A DNA stretch of 64,000 nt from Hypanus sabinus (GCF_030144855.1 NC_082731.1:27652001-27716000), one strand, 5' to 3'; positions 1 through 11,569 are shown, counted from the first letter of the stretch. Numbers and translations are program-made. Notes: generated by a model from the sequence alone, not told the origin.

Positions 1-2480
1 GGCCCTTCGGCCCATCCAGTATTTAAACTGCCTAGTCCCATTGACTTGCTCCCAGACCATAGCCATTCATATCCCACCCATTCATGTACCTGTACTCCAA
101 ATTTAACCTCAGGAATGTCTTATACAACTTCAACATAACGTCCAATTTCCTGTACATAATACCGAGATCTGTGAAGGCCAATTGCAACACATCACACTTA
201 GATTCCATCTGCCATTTTTCTGCCCATTGAGTCATAGAAAAGTACAGCCTAGAGACAGGCCTTTCAGCCCATCTAGTCTGTGCCAAGTCATTTATACTGC
301 CAAGTCCGACTGACCTGCACCCAGACCATCACCCTCCATACACCGCCCATCCATGTAACCACCCAAACTTCTCTTAAACATTGAAATCGAGCTTGTTCTG
401 GCAGCTCATTCCACACTCTCACAAATCTCTGAGTGAAGTTACCGAGTGTTCCCCTTCAACATTTCACCTTTCACCCTTAACCCACGATTGCTAGTTGGTG
501 TACCTCCCAGTTGATGTTTTTCCAGTGGAAAAAGCCTGATTGCATTTACCCTATCAATAACCCTGATAATTTTGTATACCTCCATCAAATCTATCCTCAA
601 TCTTCTCTGTTCCAAGGAATAAAGTCCTAACCTATGTAATCTTATAACACAGTGTCTCCAGTCCTGGTAGAATCCATCTTTCTCCGTACACTTTCAAGCT
701 TATTGACATCTTTCCTGTAGGTTAGTAACTGCACACTGTACTCCAAATGAGGCCTCACGATGTGTTATACAACTTTAAGATAACTTCCCATCTCTTGTAC
801 TCAGTACTTTGATTTATGAAGACCAATGTGCCAAAAATTTTCTTTATGATCCTATCTACCTGTGCCTCCATTTCCAATGAATTATGGACCTGTATTCCCA
901 GATCCATTTGTTCTACTTCACTCCTCAGAGTCCTGTTGTTCACTGTGTAAGACCTACCCTGGTTGGACCTACCAAACTGCAACACTTCACACTTGCCTGC
1001 ATTAAATTCCATTTGCTATTTTACCATCTGGTTCATATCCCACTGCAAGCTCCAATAGTCTTCCTTGCTGTCCACTCCACCGCCCCCCCCCCCAACAATC
1101 TTGGTGTCAATTACAAATTTGCTGATCCAGTTAACTATATTATCATCTAGATTATTGATTCAGATAACAAACAACAATGGACCCAGCACCAACCCTGTGA
1201 AACTCTACCAGTCACAGGCTTCCAGTCAGAGAAGCAAGCATCTACTACCATCTCTGGCTTCTACCACAAAGCCAATATCCAATCAAATTTACTGCCTCAC
1301 CTTGACATACCTGTCAAATCCCTAAGGATTCTCCTTCACTTTGCCTGCTAGGGCAACCTCGTCCATTCCTTTAGCTCTTCTTATTTATTTCTTAGGTTTT
1401 TTGCAGTTCTTATACCCTATAAATACCTCATTTGTTCCTACCTGCCTGACCCTGCTGAGCACTTCCTTTTTCTTCTTCACCAGGGCCCTCAATATCTCTT
1501 GAAGACCAAGGCTCCCTAAACCTGTCATCATTACCTTTTATTCTGACAGGCACATACAAGCAATGTGCTCTCAAAATTTCACATTTGAAGGCTTCCCACT
1601 TACCAAGAACACCTTTGCCAGAAAACACCCTGTCCCAACTCACACTTGCCAGATCCTTTCTGATACCATCAAAATTGGCCTTTCTCGAATTTAGAATCTG
1701 AACCTGTGAACCAGATTTATCTTTTCCATATTTCTTTTGAAACTAATTGCATTTTGATCAGTAGATGCAGTGTTCCCTTATACAATCTTCTGTCAGCTGC
1801 CCTGTCTCATTCCCTAAAAAGGCATCGAGTATTCCACACACTCTCATTGGGACTTCTCCATGCCGATTAAGGAAACTTTCCTGTGTACATTTCACCAACT
1901 CCATCCCTTTTATAGAATAGGAGTCCAAGTCAACATGTGGAAAGTTGAAATGACCTACTACCACAACCTTATGTTCTTGGCAACAGTTGTGATCTCGCTA
2001 CCAATCTGTACACCTAAATCCTGCAGACTATTGGGTGATCCATAATATAGCCCCATTAATGTAGTCATACCTTTTTTATTCCTTATTTCCACCCATAAAG
2101 CCGAACTAGGAGAGTTCTTCAGTCTCTCCTGACTGCTTATTGCTGTGACAATTTCCCTGACAAGTAACTCCATCCATCCCCCTTTAATCCCTCCTGCATT
2201 GACGTGTCTAAACCAAAGGAACTCTGGAATATTGAGTTGCCAGTCCTGCCTCTCCTGCAGCCAAGTCTCACTGATGTCTACAGGATCATAATTCCTTATG
2301 TTGATCTATGACATGAGCTCATTTGGCTTTCCTACAATGATATTTGCTTTGAAATATATGCCGCTCAGAACATTACTCATGCTCAACCATTTAATTCGAG
2401 ATATCTCTCTCCACAACCTCACGACTATCTGTCCTGACCCTTTGGTTCTCATCCCCGTGACTCTAGATTAACCAGCCCCA
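1..2480 (-). mobile_element. Degenerate CR1-type LINE ORF2 fragments (endonuclease to RT C-terminus)
   Basis: Minus-strand ORF fragments FNAGKCEVLQFGRSN, VVGHFNFPHVD, LYYGSPNS, WEAFKCEILR match typical CR1 ORF2 motifs; many stops and frameshifts. Confidence 0.85.
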
Positions 2481-2950
2481 CCCCAGCCATGCAGCATTAG
2501 CAAACCTTCTTGTGAGGATATTAGTCCCCCTTCAGTACAGATGCAAACCATCTGCCCTGACAGACAGATGTTTAACTGTGCAATTGCAAAAGAACTGTTC
2601 CCAACAATGATATATTTCATTTAGTTAGCATCTCACATGCACTAGATGAGGAGCAGCAAAGTTAATGGGGACAAGGAGCCCTCAAACAGTGATCCGACAT
2701 CTTTGACACAAATATATTGTCTGGCCAGTGGTTGGCACTCTCACCTCTTTGTCAGATGGCCGTAGGTTCTATTTTCTCTGACCATTAGAGGACAGCTGAT
2801 CAGGGGGACACCCGATGCAGGAAGGGTTTAGACACCATAGTTACAAAGACACATATTTCTCCCTGAGTGTGTGTCACCCACCACACCTCATGTTGAAAGT
2901 TCCTTATTTCCGGTCTCCTAAAATCACAGCTAAAACATTTTCTCATCACA

Positions 2951-2956
2951 TTTATT
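2951..2956 (-). terminator. Candidate polyadenylation signal of the IgW secretory transcript
   Basis: AATAAA on the minus strand about 290 nt after the secretory stop codon at 3249-3251. Confidence 0.55.
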
Positions 2957-3248
2957 GAACTTGGATCAGTGCATTGACACAAAGATTTAATACATTGTGC
3001 AGTCAGTCCCACACAGGGTTGAAATCCATTCAAACATGGCAGAAGAAGGTCTTAGGATGAACGTACAAACTCAGAGATTTGAGGTGAATCATGTTTGTCC
3101 TTAATTTGGTTCTTGATCTTAATTTCATACTTAATTATTTTAAAAGATTCAGATTTTAAACATTTTTAATCAGTTAAGTAATCCTCTGTGAAAATTAATA
3201 ATATTAAAACTAACAAAACTAGGTTTTCATGGATTGAATCACACAGTG

Positions 3249-3633
3249 TTACACACAAGATTTAAAACTATCAGTCAGAACAAGTGAGACATTGACCAGG
3301 GTGGGTTTGCTGTGAGATTTATTGATGCTTCGGAACAGGTTGGTTGTGAGCGACTCATGACCCACCACACAGGAGAAAGTGGTGCCGCTCTTCCACTCCT
3401 CAGGAGAAACCTTCAGCTGACTGGTCATTGTGTTCCAGCCTTTTCTGGGGTCCGTGGTCACCGGCTGGTTCACAAACCCATCTTCAGAAGGGTGTCATTG
3501 GCCATCCAGGCCATATAAATCTCTCTGGGACAGAACTTGGTGACCAGGCACATCAAGGTCACAGTCTGATCGGTGTCTACCTCATCCAATGAAGGGGGGA
3601 GGAGGTATACCTCAGGACAAGTCAGAACACCAC
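3249..3633 (-). pseudogene. IgW: IgW CH6 plus long-form secretory tailpiece exon, frameshifted
   Basis: Acceptor ttccag|G at 3633. Reads GGVLTCPEVYLLPPSLDEVDTDQTVTLMCLVTKFCPREIYMAWMANDTLL, then a 1-nt deletion at about 3483-3484, then DGFVNQPV...EEWKSGTTFSCVVGHESL...SKPTLVNVSLVLTDSFKSCV* (NVS glycosylation site and penultimate Cys). Confidence 0.9.
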
Positions 3634-3959
3634 CTGGAACAGAGAGAATCTCAGTTAGAGTGAATCCTCCAATAACTCCCTCCTTACACAACACATTCTG
3701 GTCTTGTACCAACATGAACAATTTCTAAATCTGAGAGACTTCACTTTATCTGAAACTAAAGGCTTTTCCCTTTCTGCTCATCATTGGGATTTGTGGAGTG
3801 GAAATCTTGAACATGCTGCATTTTGCAGCTTCCAGTGAGGTTAGTCCATTCAGTTCAATCAATGGGTGTCGCTGAACACAGCAACTCGACAGAAAGTGGA
3901 ACTCAGCCCCTGGACTTGCATCACCCTGTGCTGTTTGTTCCATCTCCCCTGGAGCAGGG

Positions 3960-4205
3960 GTGGCAGCTGTGTACATGTGAGAGGGAGTGAGAACCTGTGG
4001 AACTCTCTCCCACAGAAAGCACTTGAAGAATTATCATGTAATATATTCAAGAAAGGGTTGTATATACTTCATGTGAATGGGTCTAAGGACATCTGGAGAA
4101 AGCAGGAACAGGGATTGAGTTTGGATGATCAGCTGAGACCAGATTGAATGGTTCAGAAGATTGAGAGACACAATGGCCTGTTGCTGTTCTCATTTTCTAT
4201 ATTCT
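3960..4205 (+). mobile_element. CR1 LINE 3' end fragment in CH5-CH6 intron
   Basis: ENLWNSLPQKA... and aatggcctgttgctgttctc resemble the conserved CR1 3' end. Confidence 0.6.
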
Positions 4206-4279
4206 ATCACAGTGCTGGATGGTGATAAATATGTCCAATTGCTGAGATCAGACACACACTGAATTCTGTCCACATATAC

Positions 4280-4600
4280 CTGTGTCCTTCCTGATGGATT
4301 TCTTCACCGGTGTTGGCAAACTCTCATCCTCTATCACACACGAGAACTCAGCCCCACTGTTTCACTCTGCAGCAGGGACTGTCAGTCTGCTGGTGATTAT
4401 GTCTTCAACTCTGTTGCTGTCTGGACCCAAAGTCCTCACCCCATCTTCCCTCTTCCTTCCGTCCACCTGCCAGGTTACACTGAATCTCTGTAAATCACTG
4501 TGAACCACCTCACACAGAATGATTGCTGTCCTCTTTGTCCAAATCTCTTCGAAGGAAGGTTTGCTTAAAGTGACTGAGAGGTGGGTATCTGAACATTCAT
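4280..4600 (-). pseudogene. IgW: IgW CH5 exon with premature stop
   Basis: tttctcccag|A at 4600; G|gtatat donor at 4280; 321 nt. DECSDTHLSVTLSKPSFEEIWTKRTAIILCEVV...SRLTVPAAE*NSGAEFSCVIEDESLPTPVKKSIRKDT; TGA at 4362-4364 replaces the conserved Trp of EW. Confidence 0.92.
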
Positions 4601-5898
4601 CTGGGAGAAACGTCACAATTATTATTTCCCCATTTCCCGATGGACGAATTTCTCATTGACAAAACCAGCATTTTTTTTCATCTCTGGTCAATGATTTGCC
4701 AGTCCCATCAAGACGAGATGAGATGAATCTACACTGTTCAAGAAAGGAATCTCCCCTTTTGAACAGAAAGGGTAAACATCCTGAGGGGACAGAAATGAAC
4801 AGGGTTGACCGTTACACTGTTTTTGCAGTTTCATAGTCACTTGAACTGTTACTAGCAACTTAAAAAAACAAATACAGAGTGTGTTGGCAGAACAGGAAAC
4901 AGAGCAAAATCTCAAGTGAAAATCTTCCAGAAAGTATAGGTCATATTTCAAAATTTATAAGAAATATTTAGTATTTGTCACAAATATTAAAATGCACACT
5001 TTTTCTCTGTTAGGTGTAACAAAATTTGCTGCTGATTTATCAGAACGTTGTGTGTTCAAGCCGCCCTCCAGAGGCTTCTACACATTGTCCAGGCTGACTG
5101 TTCCCACACAGGAGCAGAGGGAGAGCTGCTCTGCTGGAAATTCAGTCACTACTGAGACACTAATCAGGGGCTGGGATTATGTTGAAAAGTAAATGGAGGG
5201 AGCATTTTGAAGATGAGTACCAGCAAATTCCAGAGTGCCTGTCCAGTGAAATGGTCTGGATTCTACTCCAGTTCTGAAAGTATTTTCTGGGATCCTATTA
5301 TTTCAATGGTGAAAGTGTGGATTGTGTTCGTTGAAAGCGGAAAACAAACCGATGATTGGCCGAATTAAGTGCCAAGAGAGATTAAAAAGAGGAAGGCATT
5401 GAGTCTGAGGCAATGGATAAACTGGTATTCATTTCACTACTCGATGAGACTTCACTCACCTCAGCACTGAACTGACTCTGCAGCTGCGGCCTGCAGCCAT
5501 CGGCACTCACCTCAGCACTGAGCCTGGCTCCGTGGCAGTGACCTGCAGCCATTGGTCTCCTGGACCGGTTGCAGTGCTGAACTGGTGACGTGGCTGTGGA
5601 TTTACTTCAGGGGACTCTGCGGTTCAGGTTCTGTGGATTGTTTGTTTGTTCTTTATTCACACATTGGATGTTTGACTCGGAATTCTATTATATTTCATTG
5701 TTTTGTGGCTGCCTGGAAGAAGAGAATCTCTAGGTTGTATATGGTGCACAGGCTTTGATAATAAATGTACCTTGTACTTTGAACTTTATCAGTTCACTCA
5801 CAGAACTAAACCAGAACTACACTGTGATTTAGTGTTGACCTTGAATTCATAGCACAATATAAACAATTTCAATAATGGGTTGAGTACCAGGATCCTAC

Positions 5899-6211
5899 CT
5901 GGGACATTCTTCACTTGCTTCTTGATATGGGTGTTGGAGGGGGGATGATTCACTATACAGCTGAAGACTGATTCTGTCTTCCACTCCTGTAAACTCACGG
6001 TCAGGAAGTGTCTGGCACTGAAAGTCCACCCCTGCTCCAGAGCAGTCAGTGTAGTGGTGGTATTGAAGGTAATTGCGGTGTTGTCTTTCTCCCAGATGAC
6101 ATTTATTTGGTCCGGGTAGAATCCGGAGACCACACACTCCAGTGTGGCCATTTTCCTTTTCTTGGTCTCTTCCTGAGGTGGAGGCAGCAATCTGACCTTG
6201 GGACTTTTTAT
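5899..6211 (-). pseudogene. IgW: IgW CH4 exon, frameshifted at its 5' end
   Basis: SPKVRLLPPPQEETKKRKMATLECVVSGFYPDQINVIWEKD...QEWKTESVFSCIVNHPPSNTHIKKQVKNVP; donor G|gtagga at 5899. The AG at 6212-6213 gives phase 0, but CH3 ends in phase 1; removing one A from the A5 run at 6205-6209 restores the frame. Confidence 0.88.
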
Positions 6212-6298
6212 CTTTTAATAGACAAGAAAACAGGAAATGTCAAACATTTTGACTCAGGTAACTAATGCTGGCCATTTAATCGCTGGCCTCTTACCCAC

Positions 6299-6601
6299 CT
6301 TTGATACTATTGGTCCGTGCTGACACTCGGGAAGATGAAGGAAATTCCTCAGCAGAGCACTCGTACTCCACCCCACTGAACCACTCCTCCACACTGATCT
6401 GGAGTTCGCTGAGCACTCTGTGTTGGGACCCCTCCCTCTCTGCTTGATGTCTGACAGGTCCACTAGTTTTCTCCTTCCCGCCCACGTGCCAAGAGATGTG
6501 GATATCTTCTGGATCTGTACAGAGAACCGTGCACTTCACGGTAGCAGTCTTGTCGATCCACAACTCTTCAATGTTGGGATTTTGAATAAAGACAGACAAT
6601 T
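6299..6601 (-). pseudogene. IgW: IgW CH3 exon (open frame)
   Basis: ccacag|A at 6601; G|gtgggt at 6299; 303 nt. ELSVFIQNPNIEELWIDKTATVKCTVLC...ISWHV...EEWFSGVEYECSAEEF with canonical Cys/Trp/Cys. Confidence 0.92.
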
Positions 6602-7242
6602 CTGTGGATTAGAAATGGAAATGCTCAGAATCTTGTGGAGATATTTCTATTGGTGGTGTTAGGTCAAGATAGATTATCAGTACATGACAGCTGCATTTAA
6701 TGCAAACCGAATAACAGAAACACCCAGGACTGAATCATGTGTCTCATATTCCTCCAAGTTTTGATTCAGAAAAGGAAATCAGAACAAAGGATGTGCTAAC
6801 TACGTTTTGAATCCCTTTCTAATAACTGTACCAACTGCTTCACTGTGAGATGGAGCTCTGTGAGTCAGAGTAGCATTCAGATTTCTCAGCAGAGACACAG
6901 CTCAGTGTATTCTTTGCTTGGAGACTCAGTGCCATTGATCAGTACAATGAACACTGTGAATCAAAGAGAATCCCTTTCTCCATCTGGGCTGAGCCTGGGA
7001 TTCACTCAGTTTAATAACTTCACATCCCGACATTCCAATCTTACTGTGGCTGTGCCTCTCCCCATCTCTGCAACCTTCACCACCCACACAAACTTCAGAA
7101 AACATTGTATTCTTTCAACTCTGCTCAATCATACATGGGCACTACTTCTGCTGGTGCCTGTGGTTTTAGCATTCTTGCTGATTAACATTGAAGACTCTGT
7201 CTCTCTTGAAATGAGTAGCCACTGTCAGAGTATATACTTCAG

Positions 7243-7640
7243 TTAGGGACTGATGAACTGGCAAAATGGGTTCAAATCCCAACCGGGTGGATGGGATTTT
7301 AAACTGAATTCATCAACGTTTTTTGGATTAAAAAGACCACAGGGATACTTGTTGTGTATCCATAAGTTAGGGACTGATGAACTGGCAACATGGGTTCAAA
7401 ATCCAACCTGGTGGATGGGAGTTTAAATTCAATTCATCAATGCTTTTTGGAATAGAAAGATGTCTATGGAGGTATTTGCAGTGTCATTCCCTGTGATAAC
7501 TTCCGGAGAGAAGTCCCATCTGATCCAGCTGGTCTGTGACTCCAGACCTGCAGCAACACAGCTGAACCTGAATCACCATCAGGAATGAGGCAGCAAGTCC
7601 CTCAGTTCCAGAGCGATCAGTGATTGATAGGAAATGATAA
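7243..7640 (+). mobile_element. tRNA-derived SINE remnant with tandemly duplicated head (about 100 bp, 7243-7340 and 7366-7460)
   Basis: Two diverged copies of agttagggactgatgaactggcaa..tgggttcaaa with a B-box-like ggttcaaatccc, followed by SINE-like body sequence. Confidence 0.55.
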
Positions 7641-8239
7641 ATGAATAAAACAGCTCTTTGATCAAGTGTTGGGTCACCTGTCCTTTGGGATAGTGTCGGT
7701 TTTGTGTGAAGTTATTGAGGCCGTCTCCCAATGCACAATCATCAGTTCACTTACATTGCAGCTCTCTGCACTTTGTGTATGTTGCTTAAACACGTTGTCA
7801 CCTTTGGGAACGTGGAGTGTTTTTGCTCTTTGACATTTAGTGTGGAGGCTGATTTTGTTTGTGTCACGGTTGAGTCCTTCAGTGAGACTGTGAGTCAGTG
7901 TCTTTGTCTGAAGAAAGAGCAGATGTAACACACACAGTTCCTGTCTGACTGGGTCGGATCATCCGACAAGGTATGATGTGTATTTCTTAACCTTTCTCAT
8001 TTCAATAAGATCATGAGCAATTTTCTTTTAAAACAGAAAGTCAGTGGGTGTAATCTGGATGATCATTGTTGTTGTGTTATATCAGAAATCTGCAAACCTC
8101 GATGGACACTGAAGGGTCACTGAATTGTGAATCTCGGTTTAATCAGAACTGTGATGTTGATAAACATGTTTTCTGCAGATTTCTTGGTTATGTCCCATAT
8201 CAGCCTGGTCTTGATGTTCAGCAGTCCCTGGGAAATGTG

Positions 8240-9230
8240 ATCCCCTCATAATTCCTGAGAATCAGGATTGTTCCCCTTATTGCTGAATGCTGGTGTTATT
8301 CCACAAGAAGCATATAATTCTGTCAATGTTTGGGTATTTCTAGCAAAACATTCTCCTTTCTGACATTCCTTGAGTTTTCCTCTTGGACTAAATTCAGGCA
8401 GATCTGTGGTGAGGGACGTGACTGCCTGGTCCACACGTCCCTCCCCACAGATCTCCCACCTGGTACTTATCCCTGCAAGCATAAGTGCTACACCTGTCCC
8501 TACACCACCTCTCTTAACACCATTCATGGCCCCAAACAGTCCTTCCAGGTGAGGCAACAGTTCACCTGTTAATCTGCTGGAGTCATCTATTGCATCTGGT
8601 GCTCCCTTCTCTACATCAGCGAGACCCGACGCAAATTGGGGGGCCACTTTGTCGAGCACCTCTGCTCCATCCGCCACAACAGACAGGATCTCCCAGTTGC
8701 CACCCACTTCAACTCAGCTTCACATTCCCATTTGGATATGTCCATACATGGCCTCCTCTACTGCCATGATGAGGCCAAACTCAGGTTGGAGGAGCAACAC
8801 CTCATCTACCGTCTGGCTAATCTCCATCCCCTTGGTATGAACATTGAATTCTCCAACTTCTGGTAATTGCCGCCCCCTCCCTTCCCCCATCCCAGTTTCA
8901 CTCTGCCTCCTCCTCCAGCTGCCTATCACCTCTCTCATGATTCTGCCTTCTTCTACTACCCATAGTGCTTTCCCCTTACATTCCTCTTCAACTTTCCTGT
9001 CTATCCCCTCACTGCTTCCCCTCCCCTACCCCTGATCTTTCCTCTGATTGGTTTTTCATCTGGCACCTACCAGCCTTCTCCCTCCCACCCTCCCCCCACT
9101 TTCTTTATGAGGCCCTTGCCCAGTCCTTCTTCAGTCCTGATGAAAGGTCTCGGCCCGAAACATTGACTGCTCGCTTCCATTGGATGCTGTCCGACCTGAT
9201 GAGTCCCTCCACTTGTTTGTACATGTTGAT
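8240..9230 (+). mobile_element. Penelope-like element 3' part (GIY-YIG endonuclease plus pLTR)
   Basis: GTYPCKHKCYTCPYT, GGHFVEHLCSIRHNRQDLPVATHFNS, KLRLEEQHLIYRL...GMNIEFSNF, followed by a pyrimidine-rich tail and a hammerhead motif. Confidence 0.88.
9132..9169 (+). ncRNA. Minimal type I hammerhead ribozyme motif (Penelope pLTR), degenerate
   Basis: cagtc-CTGATGA-aaggtctcggccc-GAAA-catt-gactg; cagtc/gactg form helix I. Helix III and cleavage site read CATT, against CGTC in other copies. Confidence 0.65.
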
Positions 9231-9319
9231 CAGACAGGAGGGAATCTGGCCAAGGAAACTGGAATTGGGATCTGAGTCACACTGAAGCAACAATGTACAC
9301 AAATGAATGAGTGTATGGA

Positions 9320-9945
9320 CAACCAGAGACACAAGAGATTCAACAGATGCTGGAGATCTTGAACAACACACACAAAATGCTGGAGGAACATGGGAAGTCA
9401 GGCAGCGTCTATGGAGGGAAATAAACAGTCGATCTTTTGGGCTGAGAGATTTCACCGGTACTGGAAAGGAAGTGGGCTGAAGCCAGAATAAGAGGTGGAT
9501 GGAGTGGAGAGGAATACATTCTGTCAGAAGAGAGGTGAGACCAGGTGAGGGGGAAAGGGTGTGGATGGGGAGGGGGTATGAAGTAAGAAGCTGGCAGGGG
9601 ATAAGTGGAAGACATAAATGGCTGAAGCAGAAGGAATCTGATTGGACAGTGGACCATGGAGGAAAGTGCAGGAGAAAGGGAACCAAATGGAGATGGGCAG
9701 GTGAGGAGAAGTGAAGGGATGAGGGGGTATCTAATATGGGGAATAGAACTAAAGGGAGAATAAAAGAGCAGGAGTCGATTACTGGAAGTTAAGAAATAAG
9801 TACTCATTCCATTAGGTTGGCAGGTATCTGGATGGAATATGAGGTGTTGCTACTCCAACCTGACTTTGGCCTCACCATGGCAGTAGAGGAAACCATGGAC
9901 AGGCAATTCAGAATGGGAATGGGAAGTCAAATTGAAATACATGGT
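9320..9945 (-). mobile_element. Penelope-like element 3' fragment, inverted relative to the 8240-9230 copy
   Basis: Reverse complement of the GIY-YIG C-terminal coding region and the acacacaaaatgctggaggaac tail. Confidence 0.8.
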
Positions 9946-10254
9946 CGAGGGTCTGACGACACAAGGTCACAACATTCACTCGAGGACTGAGCATCAATTC
10001 AAAAATAATCCAGGCAACTACATGTCAGTGAGTGGACAATCGACGGAAGAGTCTCTCAGGAAACACTAGAAACAGACTCTGGGGACTGAAACAAATACAA
10101 AATTGCGGAGATATTTTTTGAGGAACTAACACTGAGAAAACTGAAAAGAGAAAGTGTGGAATTTATCCAAATGGTAAAGCTTTGCTCACTAACATATTTT
10201 CATTATAACTACAAACAGAGACATCTAAAATTATTGAGACAGAATGGACAGGTG

Positions 10255-10380
10255 ACCTAATCTTACACCTTTCCTGCCCAGTAGATGGGGTTAAAGCTGC
10301 TGGTGATACGAGTTGATTCAAAGTGCAAAGATCATCTGTACATCACTCAAGAAGATTGACAGTAGGGACAGGAATTGTGT
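10255..10380 (-). pseudogene. IgW: Decayed IgW short-form (CH2-linked) cysteine-containing secretory tail
   Basis: One frame reads SCPYCQSS*VMYR*SLHFESTRITSSFNPIYWAGK, then CKIR after a 1-nt shift. This resembles the skate IgX/IgW short tail as I recall it (CPGC...WAGKCEIK, unverified) and lies just after CH2. Confidence 0.55.
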
Positions 10381-10443
10381 GGGAGTATCTGTTAAGTAGT
10401 TCAGTGCTGTAAGTTAATTGATTTTTCTTCAGGCATCACTCAC

Positions 10444-10743
10444 CCTCTTGATACTTCATGTTGACCTGACCACTAAAACCAGAAGGTGTGTGATTTACTT
10501 CACAAGTATATTTCTGTTCCTTGGTCCATTCCTGCACAGGCACTGTCAGATAAGCGATTGTTTCAAATGTACCATTAGATCTCAGCTTGGAAGGGAGTAC
10601 GATGCCTTCTTGGGCAGATCCAGCTTTTTTCCAGGATGCTTTAACCTTGTCAGGAGAGAATCCAGATATCACACAGCCCAGGATAGCATTTGCTTGACTG
10701 TGGATCACCTCCCGGTATGGAGCAAGGGAGCTGAGCTTCGGAG
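10444..10743 (-). pseudogene. IgW: IgW CH2 exon (open frame)
   Basis: gttccag|C at 10743; G|gtgagt at 10444; 300 nt. APKLSSLAPYREVIHSQANAILGCVISGFSPDKVKASWKKAG...FETIAYLTVPVQEWTKEQKYTCEVNHTPSGFSGQVNMKYQE. Confidence 0.92.
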
Positions 10744-11569
10744 CTGGAACACAATTAATAGCTGTCAGTACATGATTGCTTGGTCCATGCTTTGGATTTC
10801 ATTCCCCCTCATCCTGGGCAAGTTCCCCAATTCCAGCCCTCTCAAGAATGTTGTTAATTTACAACTGATCTGATGATCTGATGGCTCAAACCAGTGAGTG
10901 GGAGGGCTGGGTGTATCACTTGGGTCTCCCAGCAGTGTGTCCCACTATGCTATGATAATACAGAGAGGTGTATCATGGGGTTGAGGTGCAGACCTGTCGT
11001 GATCTAATTGTTTAATGGAGAATGACTGATACCAGCTCCTATGAGCAAGAGTACATGGTGTGGTACTGTTTCCACTGGTGAGTTTGGGAAACACAATTTT
11101 ACTTTCAATGAGAAAGAACAGATGGACAGGAGGGAATTATTTTGTTGTAACTGCAAAGGCTGATTCAGATCTGTGAGAAGATGGTTAAAGATGGGCAGTG
11201 GAGTGAATTCATTCATCACATTCATCAGGGATTGCTTTTACCAGAAGAGCGGGCAGCTGCAGGTGGAGGGGAAAGTGCAGGATGAGTGGGGTAAAGTTTA
11301 AATTGTTGTTGTGTGTGCAGGGGTATGATGGGCCAGCGGTCTCTGTATGTGTACAGGAGCTGATCTGTAGGGAGGTTTTTGTTGAATGGGATGGGGGAGA
11401 GGTTCCTGAGAGGTGTGGATACAATGGAGGCAGATCAGTACAAGTTGTTTCCTCCACCCTCCACCGATACTGAGTTTCATTGAGTTCAGGAAGACATTTC
11501 CCCCCCTATCAATTCCATACGTCTTCTCAGTGTCATTTTTCGCTGGAATTTTGAAGAATGAGCAGTGAC

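Larger units (their letters stand above)
3249..10743 (-). pseudogene. IgW: IgW heavy-chain constant region (CH2-CH6 plus secretory tails), probable pseudogene
   Basis: Five Ig C1-set exons with AG/GT boundaries. CH2 ends ...VNMKYQE and the last exon ends in a secretory tailpiece, matching the chondrichthyan IgW long form. Three coding lesions; no CH1 or V(D)J found upstream. Confidence 0.85.

Noticed and set aside
6845-7246. 133-aa plus-strand ORF with a hydrophobic stretch inside the IgW intron
   Set aside because: No recognisable domain or splice signals; consistent with a chance intronic ORF.
7674-7931. Strong acceptor ctctttcttcag with a downstream ORF as a possible extra IgW or tail exon
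   Set aside because: The phase-1 frame closes after nine codons and no Ig motifs are present; the tail-like motif is at 10255-10380 instead.
3249-10743. Assignment as IgNAR (five C domains) or IgM
   Set aside because: The first exon (GCVISGFSPD...KYQE) and the tailpiece fit IgW CH2 and the IgW tail rather than IgNAR C1; IgM has four CH domains.
11373-11420. Perfect RSS nonamer GGTTTTTGT
   Set aside because: No CACTGTG-like heptamer at 12 or 23 bp spacing and no adjacent V or J coding sequence.
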